DNA of 63,682 nt, filler included, from Bipalium vagum (Eukaryota): NCBI GenBank assembly GCA_037834085.1. It is 3 parts of 3 records of this genome, joined end to end, with 100 filler letters (N's around TTAATTAATTAA, not from the genome) between each part and the next. Parts side by side here need not be neighbours in the genome. Positions count along the whole stretch, not along the records: positions 1 to 16,181 come from JBBMKC010116370.1; 2 more parts are not named here. One strand, written 5' to 3'. Made by a program: the position numbers and the translations under genes. The notes beneath the pieces are model-generated. The model made no database searches. It saw only the letters and a list, made by a program, of their open reading frames with translations, and had not been told where the DNA came from. Positions 1 through 12,594 of this stretch are shown in pieces; within the stretch, counting starts at the first letter, position 1; each line of letters begins with the position of its first letter.

Positions 1-1098
1 ACGAATAATCTTCGAATTTTATATTTCTTTAATAATTTTTTAATTTTTAAAATCTTTTTTTTTAATTTCTTTGTCAACTTAAATTATCTTTAAATATGTA
101 TCATAAAAGGAAGAATTAAAAATGTGGAATTCTTTGAAAAAGTTCAATTAATGTAATAATCACATCATTTAAAGAGATTTTGAAAAGGATAGGAAAAGAT
201 GAAAAGAAAAAAGTTTTTATCTTTTATTTGCTCGAAATTAAGTTACAACCGCATCAATGTCAGTGATGAAAGAAAATGAAAATGGTAGGAAATTGTTGGA
301 AAAATATAAACCAGGACTTAGATTAAGTAAACAATCGGAGAATCGGAAGAAATAAGAAATAATAATAATTAAATAACTATTTTTGAAATTGAACATAATA
401 AATTAACATTTCTTTTAATCCAATAAAATTAAATGAATATATATATATATATATATAGTAAATATTAAATGAAATTGAGAAAGATATTTTATCGAAAATA
501 TTATGATTAAAACAAAAAATTGATAATTTATTAAATATTTTATCTTATTGATTAAATGAAATTTATGGCTTTTGAAAATTGATTAATGTGAAAAAATTAT
601 TTTAAAAAATATTAAATGAAAGTCATATATAAATAAATGAAAATAATAACGAGTAAAATTAAAGTTTTATAATTTTTGTGATTATTTTACATAATTTTAA
701 ATGTTAAAAGAAAAAAAATAAAAAACTATTGAAAACTTTTATTTTCAATATAATTGAAGAAATTACCATACATTGCAATTGGTTCACGTTGCACTTTCAT
801 CATTGTTATCCTTTTCAGGAAATTGAACTATAAACCTGACAGTAATGAGTTTTTTGGTCTGGTATTTGATCAGCTGTTCTCGTATTTATAATTGCATCTA
901 TTGAGAACTTTTTTTGTTATCATCAAATATATATCATAATATTATTTCAGTCACGTGAAATTAATGTATAAAAACTTGATAGAAAATATTGATCAAAATT
1001 AAAAACGGACGGAAATTGAAAATCCATGAAAGAGTAACATTGCAATATTAATTTCTATAAAATGCTTTAAATAATGATTTTTCGGATAAAATAAAATA

Positions 1099-2664
1099 CC
1101 GTGGAGAAAATATTTATAATATAATATAATTATTTTTTACTAAGGTATAAATTAATCATTTAAAGAGATCGGAAATTGTTAAAACACGGTAAAGGTTATT
1201 TGGAAAACACTTTTGGTTTGAATGATTTGTTTTTATTAACATTTTTCTGTTTAAAGGCCGTACTCATATAAATCCTGGGGAAAAAATATATATCTTCTTA
1301 ACAAATTTTGTTTAAATTTTCAGTTTAAAAATTTTATTGAATCTGGTTAATTACTTTGTGCGTGATTTAATTTTAAATGTTTTATAAATATATTTTAAAA
1401 AGAAATAAAATGCCAAAAGGAAATAAACTGTGTGTATCGGGGATTGAGCTAAAATCGACATTTATAGAAAATCTCGATTTTGAAATAGGAAGATTGCAAC
1501 TGAGATAAATAGAAGTTGGGGTGTTGTGAATGTACACCTGACATTAGGCTCGACTTATGAAACCATCAAAAGAAAAGGTCAAAAGCCTACGATATCACAG
1601 CACGACAAGCGAGTAATTTTAAGGAAAGCAACAAATTACAGTCTAATTACTAGACTCTAGTAGCATCTAATATTCGTACAGCAATGAACCTGTCGGTATA
1701 TACCAGGCGTGTTCGACAAATTTTGGCTAGTAAGGAAACCGTAATATAGCAAAAACCTTTGCAGAAACCGAAATTATTTCTGAACCACAAAGAAAGAAGA
1801 CTTGGTTAAGGAAAGGTACATGATATGTGATAAAGAATGGGAAACCGTAATTTTTTCACATGAGAATTTAATGAGAATTTTATTTTAAATGAATCAGGTG
1901 GTTTGCGATGTTATTGGCACGATTTAACAAAATCTACAGGGATGGCAATCGGTAGAAAATTTGTAGGTAAAATATTTATAGTATTGGGGGGCTATCTTTC
2001 ATTGAAGACAGCTTCAAATAGCAGAGATTTCTACCAAAATGAATTCTCGAGCATATATAAATGTTTGAAATCGGATTTATGTCAAATGGGAACGGATTTA
2101 TTAGAAGAAAATGTCAGATACATTCAGCTTTTCAGGTCCATACATCTAGAATCACCAAATCATGGTTTTCTGAGAAAAATATTAACTTGGTAGATTAGCC
2201 CGTCGTTGTCCGGACCTGAATCCAATGGGAAATTTATGAGGCATTATTTCCAGGCTAGAGTGTGAAAATGTCAAACAATTTTCCACTGCCAATGAACTTC
2301 TGGAGGCTATTTTTAAGGTGTGGAATGAAATTGAACCGGAGATTCTGCAGAATTTTGAGGTCTATGAAAAAACGGGTTTTCGAATTAATTACGAAAAATG
2401 GTACCCATATATCATATTAATTTACTTATTTCGGCAAAATATCTTGAAGACTTGGTGTGGATTTATAATTATTTCCGGCCTATTATTGAATAAATTCTTT
2501 TTTACACACACACACATTTTTATAGGTGCTTACAAAATATTTCCCATACATTTCTGTATTACTTGATGAAATTAAATAAATTCAGATAGATTCAAATAGA
2601 AAACCTATTTCTTTTTTTAATTCCAGTAAAAGGTTTGGTCTATTTATAATTATTTCCTCCACTG
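1099..2664 (+). mobile_element. Degenerate Tc3-like (Tc1-family) DNA transposon with TIRs and TA target duplication
   Basis: Left TA|CCGTGGAGAAAATATTTATAA matches the reverse complement of the right end, TA|CAGTGGAGGAAATAATTATAA. Frameshifted transposase from ATG 1410 (MPKG...) through RCYWHDL..., PDLNPMGNL and WNEI, collinear with Tc3. Confidence 0.88.
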
Positions 2665-3977
2665 TATTTGTACGGTATCGAATTCAAAAGAATAATGTAA
2701 TGAATAATTGAAGTTTTCGTTTCAAAAAGTAAAACTATAAAACTGAGTCACATATTGAGATTATGCCGTTGTTTTTTCTTACAAGTCTTACAAAAGACTG
2801 ATATTAGAAATGATCTGGATAGATGATCAAATATTTTCAAAATCAATAAACATTTCACATTAAAAAACATAAATAATATAAACAAATTAATAAATAAAGT
2901 ATTAAAAGACAAGAGATAAGTTTTATGTTTAATGGGTATTTGATTGTTCCTCTGAATATTCGTTTTCAACATCCATATATAATTGTATGGCTGCAGAATC
3001 GTAACTGAGTGGAGTAGTGGCTTTCACAACTGGTATTAACGAGAAAGATTTTCTATATTCTATTAACGACAAAAATATATTTTCATTCTTCTAATCATCA
3101 ACCATACCAAACTCTTGGTCAGAGACAGAACCCTAATAATTTTTAGATTTTCACCTTTAAAAAAGTTATGACTCGTATTTTAAATAATTATAAATTACCG
3201 AAATACGGACTCTTTCAGGTCCACCAGTCAAATTGGATTTCTCATTATAAATAAAAATATTTCACAAACTTTCTTTCATTTTCATCAGGAAAGCAAAACA
3301 CTGAGACACTAAAATTTTGAAACTCATGTGTCTTCAATGATAGATTTTTTAGATCTTTCCAGCGCTCATAAATGTATCAACTAAATACATTTGTAAAAAG
3401 AAATATTATTTTTTAAATTGGTCGAAAGTAGAACATGACCCGAAATTTATTTTTTTATTATTTATTAATTTTATTAGTTAAACATCTCCAGAACTTTATC
3501 CAGAAATTATGTAATACTATATTAATTTAATTTAATTAAAATTTATTAATTAAAACTTATTTTTCCTTTCTTTTTTGAATTTCACGGAGCCTTGTGTTAT
3601 TTTGTGTATTTATTAATTATAAAGAAACACATTCCAATGTTCATGCCATAAATTTATACAAATTCTCATTAGTTTCTACATTTTTTTGTTTTCTAAGCTC
3701 TAAAGTATTTTTTGTAAAACATTAGCTATAATTATTTTGTAAAAACAAAAATAAAAATAATTAGTGGGACTGTTACATTTTCACTGAAAAAATTCGATAA
3801 ATTTTTTTTTTAAATGTATTTTTATTAAAAATATTTTGTACAATAAAATTACAGGTGGATGAAAAATAAATTTTCACTGTAAATAATTAATGTAAATTGC
3901 ATTTTCACGGTGAGGATGTTACTAATCTTTAATCTGAATTAACCTTTTCTTAATAAATAATATTTTTTAATTATATA

Positions 3978-4843
3978 TTATGGTGTCCCATAAAAAACCG
4001 TTTTTGATATATTCACATTCAAGCTAAATAACTTGTTGTGGTAAAGATTAATAGACTATTGATTTATTGTGTGAAACTTTTATGTAGCTTGATTAAAAAA
4101 GTAGAAATTTTAACCTCAAAAATATTTGTTTTAATATTTATTTTAGCGCTCAATTAAAATTATAACTAAATTATAAATTATGAAGTTCGTGCACGAGGTT
4201 CTGGAAGACCTTCGGTCGTCAAAAAAATGATCTGCTTGATTGTATAGATTCAGATCCATCCCAATCAACTCATGAATTATCACCTCGAATAGGCCATTTA
4301 AAATCTACAATTCATCGGCACTTTCGATGCCTTAACAAAAAATACTCCTAGAATAGACCTATATCAACTTACAGATTTGCAAGTTGATAAATTCTTTCAA
4401 ATTTTTTTAATTCAGACATCTATTCTGCACTATTGAATCGATTTCACAATATTCCCACCAAAAATCATCCGGATTTAATCAATCCAAAAGAGTTACAAGC
4501 GAACAACGCTAAACCTCATTCTTCATAAAATCAATAAAAACTTTACAACATATTGAGGAAATTGAAATGTTGTAGGATCAGACTTACACTTGTTCCGCTC
4601 AATGATACATTTCATGCAGCGTACATAGTACATTCCTTGAGAACAAAGAAGACCTGGGAAAAAGGTTGTCAGCGGTTTTTGACTCTAAATCTCCGGAATG
4701 GTATGATATTTGGATTCCCGAAATTGCAGAGTGTTGTTAGTGAGAACGTTGGATTGTATTTTAGTTCGTGATTTTATAATAAAAAATGAAAATATTGTAT
4801 TGAATTTTTGAATAAAAGGATTCAATTTTTGGGAGCACCGTAA
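3978..4843 (+). mobile_element. Internally deleted mariner relic
   Basis: TIRs TTATGGTGTCCCA / rc TTACGGTGCTCCCA, both flanked by TA. Remnants SGRPSVV, DSDPSQSTHELS, DLHLFRSMIHFM and FDSKSPEWY. Confidence 0.75.
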
Positions 4844-5059
4844 TATCAGACTTATATACGGTATTAGGTGAGAGAAATGATAAATAAAAAATCAAAATAT
4901 AAATAAAATTAGAAATACATATTAAGAACTATAGAATAATAGGTCACAGGTGTGAAAATGGTTTAGACTTAAAAAGCAAAAGATATCATGTGAGCGAGGC
5001 TGTTCCATGTTTCCTTTTGATGTGATCTCATTTCCAAGCAATTAACCAAAACAAGTTGA

Positions 5060-5250
5060 CGGCTATAAGTATAAACAACTGACGTCGTATGGGGAGATGT
5101 ATGAAAGCTGAGTTCTATCATTGAATAATAAATCAATTTTTATCTTCATTATCAAATCTCCACTGTCAACATGCTCGTTATATTGTATAAAATTATAATC
5201 CACAGAGACTGTTGAAAGATAAGAAACATGATGAATGAATATTATCATCT
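5060..5250 (-). mobile_element. Possible decayed non-LTR reverse transcriptase fragment (CR1/L2-like)
   Basis: LSTVSVDY...SGDLIMKIKIDLLFNDRTQ loosely resembles the RT segment AFD.V.H...G.LL.WI..FL.DR.Q; similarity is weak. Confidence 0.3.
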
Positions 5251-5941
5251 AATAAAATGACTTGGAAATTGACACCATATATTTTAATCAGCGATTATAT
5301 ATTAATGTTTATTAATATTTATTGGAAGAAAAATTTAATTAAATTATTTAATATTTATTCGTCTTTGAAAAATCTCACTTCAATGTTACTTCAAGAAAGG
5401 GGTTACGAGTCTTTTTACCGTTGTGTTTGTCAGTGACATTGAAAATCAAATATTAAAATATAGTTTTGATTTTAAAAAATATTATTAAAAATAAATTATA
5501 AAAAAAATAATATTCTGTCAAAAAATAATAGTCCGGATGAAGAATTGTTCTAGTGGTACAATGTTGGCTGTTCAGTTTTCCTAGGTCGAATTGTCTTGTA
5601 AATAAAAAGAATTTGTAATGAACTTTATACATTATTATTTTAGTAATAACATGAATTTGACCATTTATTGAAATTTCATTAAATAAATTTGAACGGAAAA
5701 CCCTTTAAAAATTATTAATGTAATGGATGGATTAAAACAAAAGAAAACTAAGATATTTGCCGATTTTATTGAGATCTCGATATAGTTATGAACATTTTAA
5801 AATATATTCTACATTATGAAAACTAAAATAATTTAAAAGGATTTAGGAAAATTATTATTAATTATAAAATACCAGTTAAATTGATATTTTAATTAAGACA
5901 ATGACGCCTATTCATATAGTTCACATAAAATTTAAGTTTTT

Positions 5942-6321
5942 TGGTTAAAACCGTCTTTGGGACAATTTGTTTATATGCATTAAAAAATTTTAATAACTAT
6001 TATAATTTTTAAAATTTTAATTTTTAATAACTTCTACATATTTCAATTTCTCACTTTTTATAATGAATCTGCATTATAACGCAAGATATTATCTGGGAGA
6101 CATTAAATAGAGACAAAAGTTTAACTATAATACTTTTGAAATCTTTATTTTTCATATAAATAAATATTTATGAAATCTTATTATTCTGTATTCATTATAA
6201 ATTCTGTATTTATTTCTGAATTCATTATAAATAAAAATTAATTAAATATTTAAAACAATGTAGAAAGTAATAAAATTTTTAATCCATATAAACAAGTTGT
6301 CCCAAAGATGGTTTTTAACCA
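5942..6321. mobile_element. MITE-like element with ~50-bp terminal inverted repeats
   Basis: TGGTTAAAACCGTCTTTGGGACAATTTGTTTATATGCATTAAAAA at left; rc of right end is TGGTTAAAAACCATCTTTGGGACAACTTGTTTATATGGATTAAAAA. Non-coding AT-rich interior. Confidence 0.75.
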
Positions 6322-6479
6322 TTTTTTATTATAATTTGCATGAAATGCCTTTAGCCTTTAACATTATTGAATTAATATCTGGCAAAGAGATTGTTTAATA
6401 AAATTTACTCTTTTAAATGTAAATCAATATTAAATATCAAATAAATCTATAAATTGAATATCTGCTTAAATGTATTTAA

Positions 6480-6810
6480 TTATTTTCAGAATGGAAAATT
6501 GAAAAATTGCGCAATTATAGAGATCTTATTTACATAAAGATTAACAAGAAAAAATTAAGTTGTTTGGATTCTTCATGTACGACAGTGAAAATTGTTACAG
6601 TAAATTGATTAGGAATTGTGTGGTCATCCCAAAATTGCGTCAACAAGAATGAATAATGAAATTCATGATTTTGCTAATGAAGTACCAGATATATTTGTGA
6701 AATACAGTAGTTCATACAAAGGGAATATAAGATGAATACGTACGCCATATTTTAAGCATGAATTAAATAGAAAACAAGTTTTTTAAAGGTCTGATAATAA
6801 TACCGTATTA
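6480..6810 (+). mobile_element. Heavily deleted mariner relic (irritans-like)
   Basis: N-terminal MEN*K.CAIIE..., LDSSCTTVK and CGHPKIAS remnants, plus a trace of the C-terminus. Confidence 0.35.
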
Positions 6811-7859
6811 AAGTAACTTTCGCTCGTAATCTATAACTCCTCACTTAACATTCTTGTGCTCGTAATTCTATTGTCGCTACACAAAGTTAATTTTAAAATT
6901 TCATGTTTTTCCAATTAATATGGTTAATTTTATTATTAATTCTGTATTATTATTATTATTATTATTATTACAAACATCACGGTTTGTGCCTTTGGCAAAC
7001 CCAACAAAGTACAAAGTTTTTTAATACAAAATATTGCGTGAAAAATGATTTTTTCAGAAGAATGCTTTAAATCTTTTAAGAAGAAAAAAGCTGATTTCAT
7101 ACATTGTTTTATAACTGCCGATCATCGTGACCTAAAATTAAAATAGGAATGGTTAAAATGGACACAGGTTTGTTTTTCCCTGCCGAGACAGCTAATTAAG
7201 AGAATGATCAGTGATAAAAGCGATCTTTTTTTAATAATTGATTGATAATTGAAAGGTAAAACAGTGAAATCAACATATTGCATTATGTTAGCATATTGCA
7301 TGGAATGGATGAAAAAATCGTAGATTGAAGAAGAAAAAACCATTTTTCTTTAAAATAACTGACCAGATCACAAAAATACATTGACTAACATAAATCGAAG
7401 CAGGCTTTAACAAAACCTTAAACAATTTGTTTGTGACCGGTTTATTCAATAAATGAAAAAGCTAAAGCAAATGTAGAGCATTACTTAAAAGATTTCATGA
7501 AGATATACATGAAATTGAATTAATGGAAACGTACTAAGAATGAACTAAGTTTATTGCATTCACAGGAAATTATTTTGATTAATTAATTGGTCTGATGTTT
7601 TTTCACATTTTTTTTCATTTCTATGATAATTATCAATACTTATGTAATGATTCAACCAAATTTAAATAAAAAAAACAAAATTCAAAACTTTTAAAGTAAT
7701 GTTAAATAGAAAATTTTAAAATAATTAAATTAGATTAAATGTAAAAATAAGTTTATTAAGGTTTTTACAATAAACAAGTATTTAGCCTCATAAATAAAAT
7801 ATTATTAAAAATATTTATATTACATACATAATTAAGTTGTTAAAATATTAAATAAATTC

Positions 7860-8075
7860 AAATATTCTTAAATCTTGTTATGGAGAGACCCAAAGACAAA
7901 TTAATAAACACATCTATTTCAAAAATCGTACAACTGCTTATGACCAATATCTTAATCATATATTCACCATGACAAAAAATAATGCTGTTTAGATGTTTAA
8001 ATCAATTTAACTGATGAGTCTGCTTGTATTTTGTCTAGTTAGAGAAATGTTCTAGGAACATTTTTATATCTTGAA
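7860..8075 (+). mobile_element. Penelope-like 3' end relic with degenerate hammerhead ribozyme motif
   Basis: INKHIYFKNRTTAYDQY resembles a PLE C-terminus. It is followed by CTGATGA (8011), GTCTG..TAGA, GAAA and TGTTC-TAG-GAACA-TT. Confidence 0.45.
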
Positions 8076-8234
8076 CGTATTTCAATTTTTCATTTATTCT
8101 CTTTGGCTCCAACTTCTTGGATGTTAAAGAGGTTTCTTGGCTTAAACAGTTTTGATCAAAGCCAATAGAGTTCATAAAAAAATATTTTTATCTTTGCTTT
8201 CCAGATTTTGCAACATCTGTTGAATTTACTAATA

Positions 8235-9730
8235 TTAGGTGTAGCAATTAATTCAGTGGAATTTTCTGAAAAAACAAAATGCATTTATGTTTAAGACACA
8301 ACACAATTATATTATAAATAACATTTTTTCAAATTTCTGTTAACTTGTGAATACCATTGTAAAATAAATTTTCTTTAGACAAAATCCATTAATTGATCCA
8401 AAATATGATTTCATCATATTTGCGAAAGCGACGTTCCGACTGTCCATTTGCCATCGATCTGAATAAATCCAAATCAGATAGCACCATGTCTAGCGAATAT
8501 AGGGTGGATGATGTAAGACTTCCCATCCAAGTTCTTTACAAGTCTTTACTGAATTTGCAACATAAGGTCGAGCATTGTTATGTAACAGATAACTTTCCCA
8601 TGTCTCTTGTCTCATTCTGGTCGTTTATACTTCAATGTCATCTTCATTTGAATCAATTGTTGCTTATAACGATTAGCGTTGACCGTTTCAAAACTACAGC
8701 GCAACTTCTATTTTAGACTAATTTCTGAAATGAACCACTTCTATAAATGGACCAAACTCCATATTTGGACCAATAATTTGTACTTATCACATTTCTCGAT
8801 ATTTTCATATAAAAAATAAAATTCTTGGTCAAAAAATTTCAATAATTTGTTTTATTAATGTTTTAGTATATAACATTTTCAAAATCCTGAATGAGTAAAA
8901 AATTATCATATGAAAATAAATATAATACTGCCAAGCAACTTCGCAATAAAGACTTATTGTTGTTTTTTTTTAATTTCTATTTTTAAATCCATATAAGTTC
9001 ATATATAAGTTCATACTTTTGAAACTTTGTGGTCCAAAATAGAAGTTGCACTGTGTTTAATAATTCATAGAAGACGACATCTTTCTGGCCCCACCAGATA
9101 TACAACAAAGTCTTCTTCGAATGAATATTTTGCTTGGCAGTCGAAGATGATGGTTGGCCTGGATCAACCCATGATTTCTTAAATTTTGGATTATCAAAAT
9201 AAATCAATTTTTCATCTCTTGTAGCAATACGATGTAGGAATGACTTTCTTCGGTATCTTTTCATTAAATTTTCACAGATTGTTTATCGTTTTCCCATACA
9301 ACTTTCATTCAATTCATGAGACACCCATTTTCCTTTGACTTGAATTTTTCCCATACCTTGTAGTCTACTGGAAATGGCATGTTGAGACACGTCAAAGTTT
9401 GGTAGAAAGTTGTTTTTGGGTTTATGTATTATTTTCTAATTCTGTATCTTTCCATATCTTTGAGATCATAATCACCTGTTTCGAATCGAATAAACCAGTG
9501 TTAGCAAGTGTTTGCCGATGAAAAATGATCATCATAAGCTTCTCAAAATAAGATACAGCCTTTTGCAGCAGTTTTCTGTAAATTGAAGAATAACAGCATA
9601 GAGTTCCGAGAATGTTCTTTAGTTGGCTCATGTATTAACATCTAGATTATTAATATATTGAAATTTGAAAATTTAAATTTTAACTTTAGAAAGCTTTATT
9701 AAAACAATTACTAAAATGATAACACAATCA
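8235..9730 (-). mobile_element. Mos1-like (mauritiana subfamily) mariner pseudogene interrupted by a MITE
   Basis: TA|TTAGGTGTAGCAATTAATTC TIR. Motifs FLHRIATRDEKLIYFDNPKFKKSWVDPGQP, KWVSHEL and LGWEVLHHPPYSLDMVLSDLDLFRSMANG. Right boundary approximate. Confidence 0.88.
8697..9053. mobile_element. Tc1-type MITE nested in the mariner
   Basis: TIRs CAGCGCAACTTCTATTTTAGAC / rc CAGTGCAACTTCTATTTTGGAC; flanks TA and TG (mutated TA duplication). Confidence 0.85.
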
Positions 9731-9739
9731 TTAAATATA

Positions 9740-10100
9740 CAGGGTGTTTATTACATACTTTAACATACTTTATTTTTAAATTACAAGTTAAAAAATAAAT
9801 ATATTACTAATTTTTAATATGGATTACAAGTTTAATAATTCATTTAGTTAATTTTAAAATAAAATGGCTTCGAGTTTTTCGATAGAAGAAAGAATTCAAA
9901 TTGTTGTATGGAACTCGAAATTTGATAATTTTGAAGAAGTATTTAGGTATTGGAAAAAGAAGTTTATCACTCCACCACAAAGTAGGCAAACAATTAAAAA
10001 AATTGTGGAAAAGTTTAAGAAGACTTGAAGTGTTCATGACCAAGTAAAATCTGGCCGACTTCGTTTCGTATTAACAACGAAAGAATCCTTATTAAAAAAA
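9740..10100 (+). mobile_element. 5' fragment of rosa/DD41D-like transposon (DUF4817-type HTH)
   Basis: TA|CAGGGTG TIR start. From ATG 9864: MASSFSIEERIQIVVW...PPQSRQTIKKIVEKFKKT*SVHDQVKSGR. Confidence 0.7.
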
Positions 10101-11549
10101 ATTGACCCAAATATCAATTGTAAACCAATAATTAATCTACAGAACCCATCTATATATTTGTGTTTATCCTGTCTCAATAGATTTTTTCCTTAAAACTCTA
10201 ATTAAATTAAAAATCGCCATGAATGAAATAAGAAGATATATAATATATAAATAATATCTACATACAATTCTTGACAGCCTCTATATTTACTTACAGAAAA
10301 AATAAATAAATAACAAGATAATTATGATCCCAATGCATTATTCTCGTGCGCCTCTCTGTCGAAGGGCGTAATTCACTTGATGATCTTGTACCGATCATAT
10401 TTCAATTTATCACTTTGTTTCTTTGAGCCCCTACCATTTCCGACATTAATCATTTAAGCATAAATACTTTTTCCTTTATTATTTTACTTTTCACTTAAAT
10501 GACTTGTTTCTCAGCTGTCAGTTTGGTAAGTTTTCTTTCAGACCTTCTAAACAACGGGAAATCTCTTTTTTGAATGATTTAACATCCACTGAAACATAAT
10601 TTGTTTCCTTTCATTTTTTTCTTCTTTTTGATATAAAGACTCATGATAAACAGACATAAAAGATCATTGTGTCTTTTCAGATGAAGTGTAATATGGACCA
10701 GTTTCTTGATTTTTTATCATTGAGAATTATTTTCCCTTTCGATTCAATTGGGATCGTGAACAGTAATATGTTATCGTTATGTGACTCGTTCCAACTTGGA
10801 TCGTTATGGTTTTCATCAAGTTGCCAATTTATAACATATAAATTGAACTTGACACTCTTTAGTAATTTAATATTAAAATATGATTGATCTATTAAATAAT
10901 CCACATTATATTTGATAAATATTATTTTGTTTTATTATTTTAGTTTAAAATTACATTATTAATATTAATATTTTATTATTATTGTGCATTTTTATTATAA
11001 TTTATTATTTTATATTATTATTTTGAAAGCGAAGTTATTGAATAGCTCTTTGAAATAAATCAACCTTGTGTCTCTGGTTCGTGTTTTGTTCTATTTTAAT
11101 ATTTATTAATACTTTAACAATTACAGTCAAATCTCGATCGACCGCAACCTTGACGATCGTCTAAAATTTCATGTTAAAATGTTGTTTCTAGTCTTATTAT
11201 ACTATATATCTACCTCAATCCAACGCCACCTTTCTTTTACACGCCAAAACAAAATTGCTTAAAATTTAAAACTTAAAAATTATTAAAATTTTTTAATTTG
11301 AATTTTAAAATCGATATTTATATAATGATTTAGTATTATGTGGTACAGTAAATTCTAAGCTTTAAAATGATAATATAAATATTTTAATTTAGTTAATTAT
11401 TACATGGTTTACAACGTTTCCAAAAAACATGCCATTAAAACAGACATGTTATATTGCACAACACAATATTTATATTATATTATTAATATATTGTTATTCT
11501 AAATATTTTTATAATAATTTTTTAGTGTTTATTCTAAAGAATAACTGAA

Positions 11550-12083
11550 TTTAAAAAGTGCATTTATGATAATATATTATATTAATGATATTAAGACAAT
11601 ATCTCAGTGCTCGATTCTGCTTTTGGATCTATCGGGGGGGGGGGGAACATCTTAAATTTTCTGCAAATCCTTACTTTAAGATTGAAAACAGTAATCTCTG
11701 AAATTTATCTTCATTATTTTTCACAACATATTTAATTATTTTTAATGGGTTTAAATATGGAAAATTGCCACCCTACAGCAGAATCATTTCATAAATATTT
11801 TCACGAATTGTTTTGACAAATTTTAATTGCATTTTTCCCTGTGACTTTCCACTAATAGAATATAAATTATGCTGCTTTAATCATTTCAGAAATGGGGAAT
11901 CACCGTAAGATGGAAGGGGGAAAATAATTTTATATTTTCTGCTTCATTTTAAGTAAAATTTTCTTCGAGATTTAATAGAATAAAAAAGTGACTGTCTGAG
12001 AAATCGGTTTTAATCATTATTATAAAAATCAACTTTTATTTCAAACTTAGAATAAAATATTAAATGAAATTTTAAACACCGTG
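11550..12083 (-). mobile_element. Possible deleted rosa-like element
   Basis: Right end rc TA|CACGGTGTTTAAAA resembles the 9740 TIR; a C-terminal ...IEH* trace lies near 11610. Left boundary uncertain. Confidence 0.35.
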
Positions 12084-12289
12084 TATGCTTTAGTAATATA
12101 CATAAAATCGAAAGAGAATTTTAATAAATTTAATAAAGAAAATAAAAAAAATGAGATGTATGAGAAAAAATATAAATAATATTTATATTTATTTTAATTA
12201 TTTAATATCTAATTTAAAATTAGATTTAAACATTTAAGATTACTTCCAACACCACTTCATCCTTTTTTCTGGTTCTCGCAAGTGATACA

Positions 12290-12470
12290 ATAAATCAAAA
12301 TGCACTAGAAACCCTGAAATCTCTAAAAAGAATCAATTGCGTGGAGAATTGAAGAAAAAGAAAGTAGAAATATTAAAATAAACATTTATCTATCGCACTT
12401 AATATACTGATGAGAAAATTTATTTATTAAATTTTGTGGTAATAGGTTTTTCGAATAATTATAAAACTAA
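12290..12470 (+). mobile_element. Penelope-like 3' end relic with degenerate hammerhead motif
   Basis: NQNALETL.(E)ISKK resembles the GIY-YIG C-terminal LE.LEI.K motif. Then CTGATGA (12407), a long stem GAAAATTTATT/AATAGGTTTTTC, and GA-ATAATTAT-A. Confidence 0.4.
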
Positions 12471-12594
12471 CTTTAAAAATTAAATTAAATAAAAAATAAA
12501 TAAGAATAAAACAATAAATTTTTATTTCAACTTTCCTATTGGCTCATATTTATTATATTAATTAATTAATTAATTACACTTTTTATTATATGTA

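Noticed and set aside
3006-3040. Pol III A-box-like motifs (also ~5545, ~24686 and ~32940-32990) suggesting tRNA genes or SINE heads
   Set aside because: No cloverleaf, and B-boxes are absent or degenerate; at most unresolvable SINE remnants.
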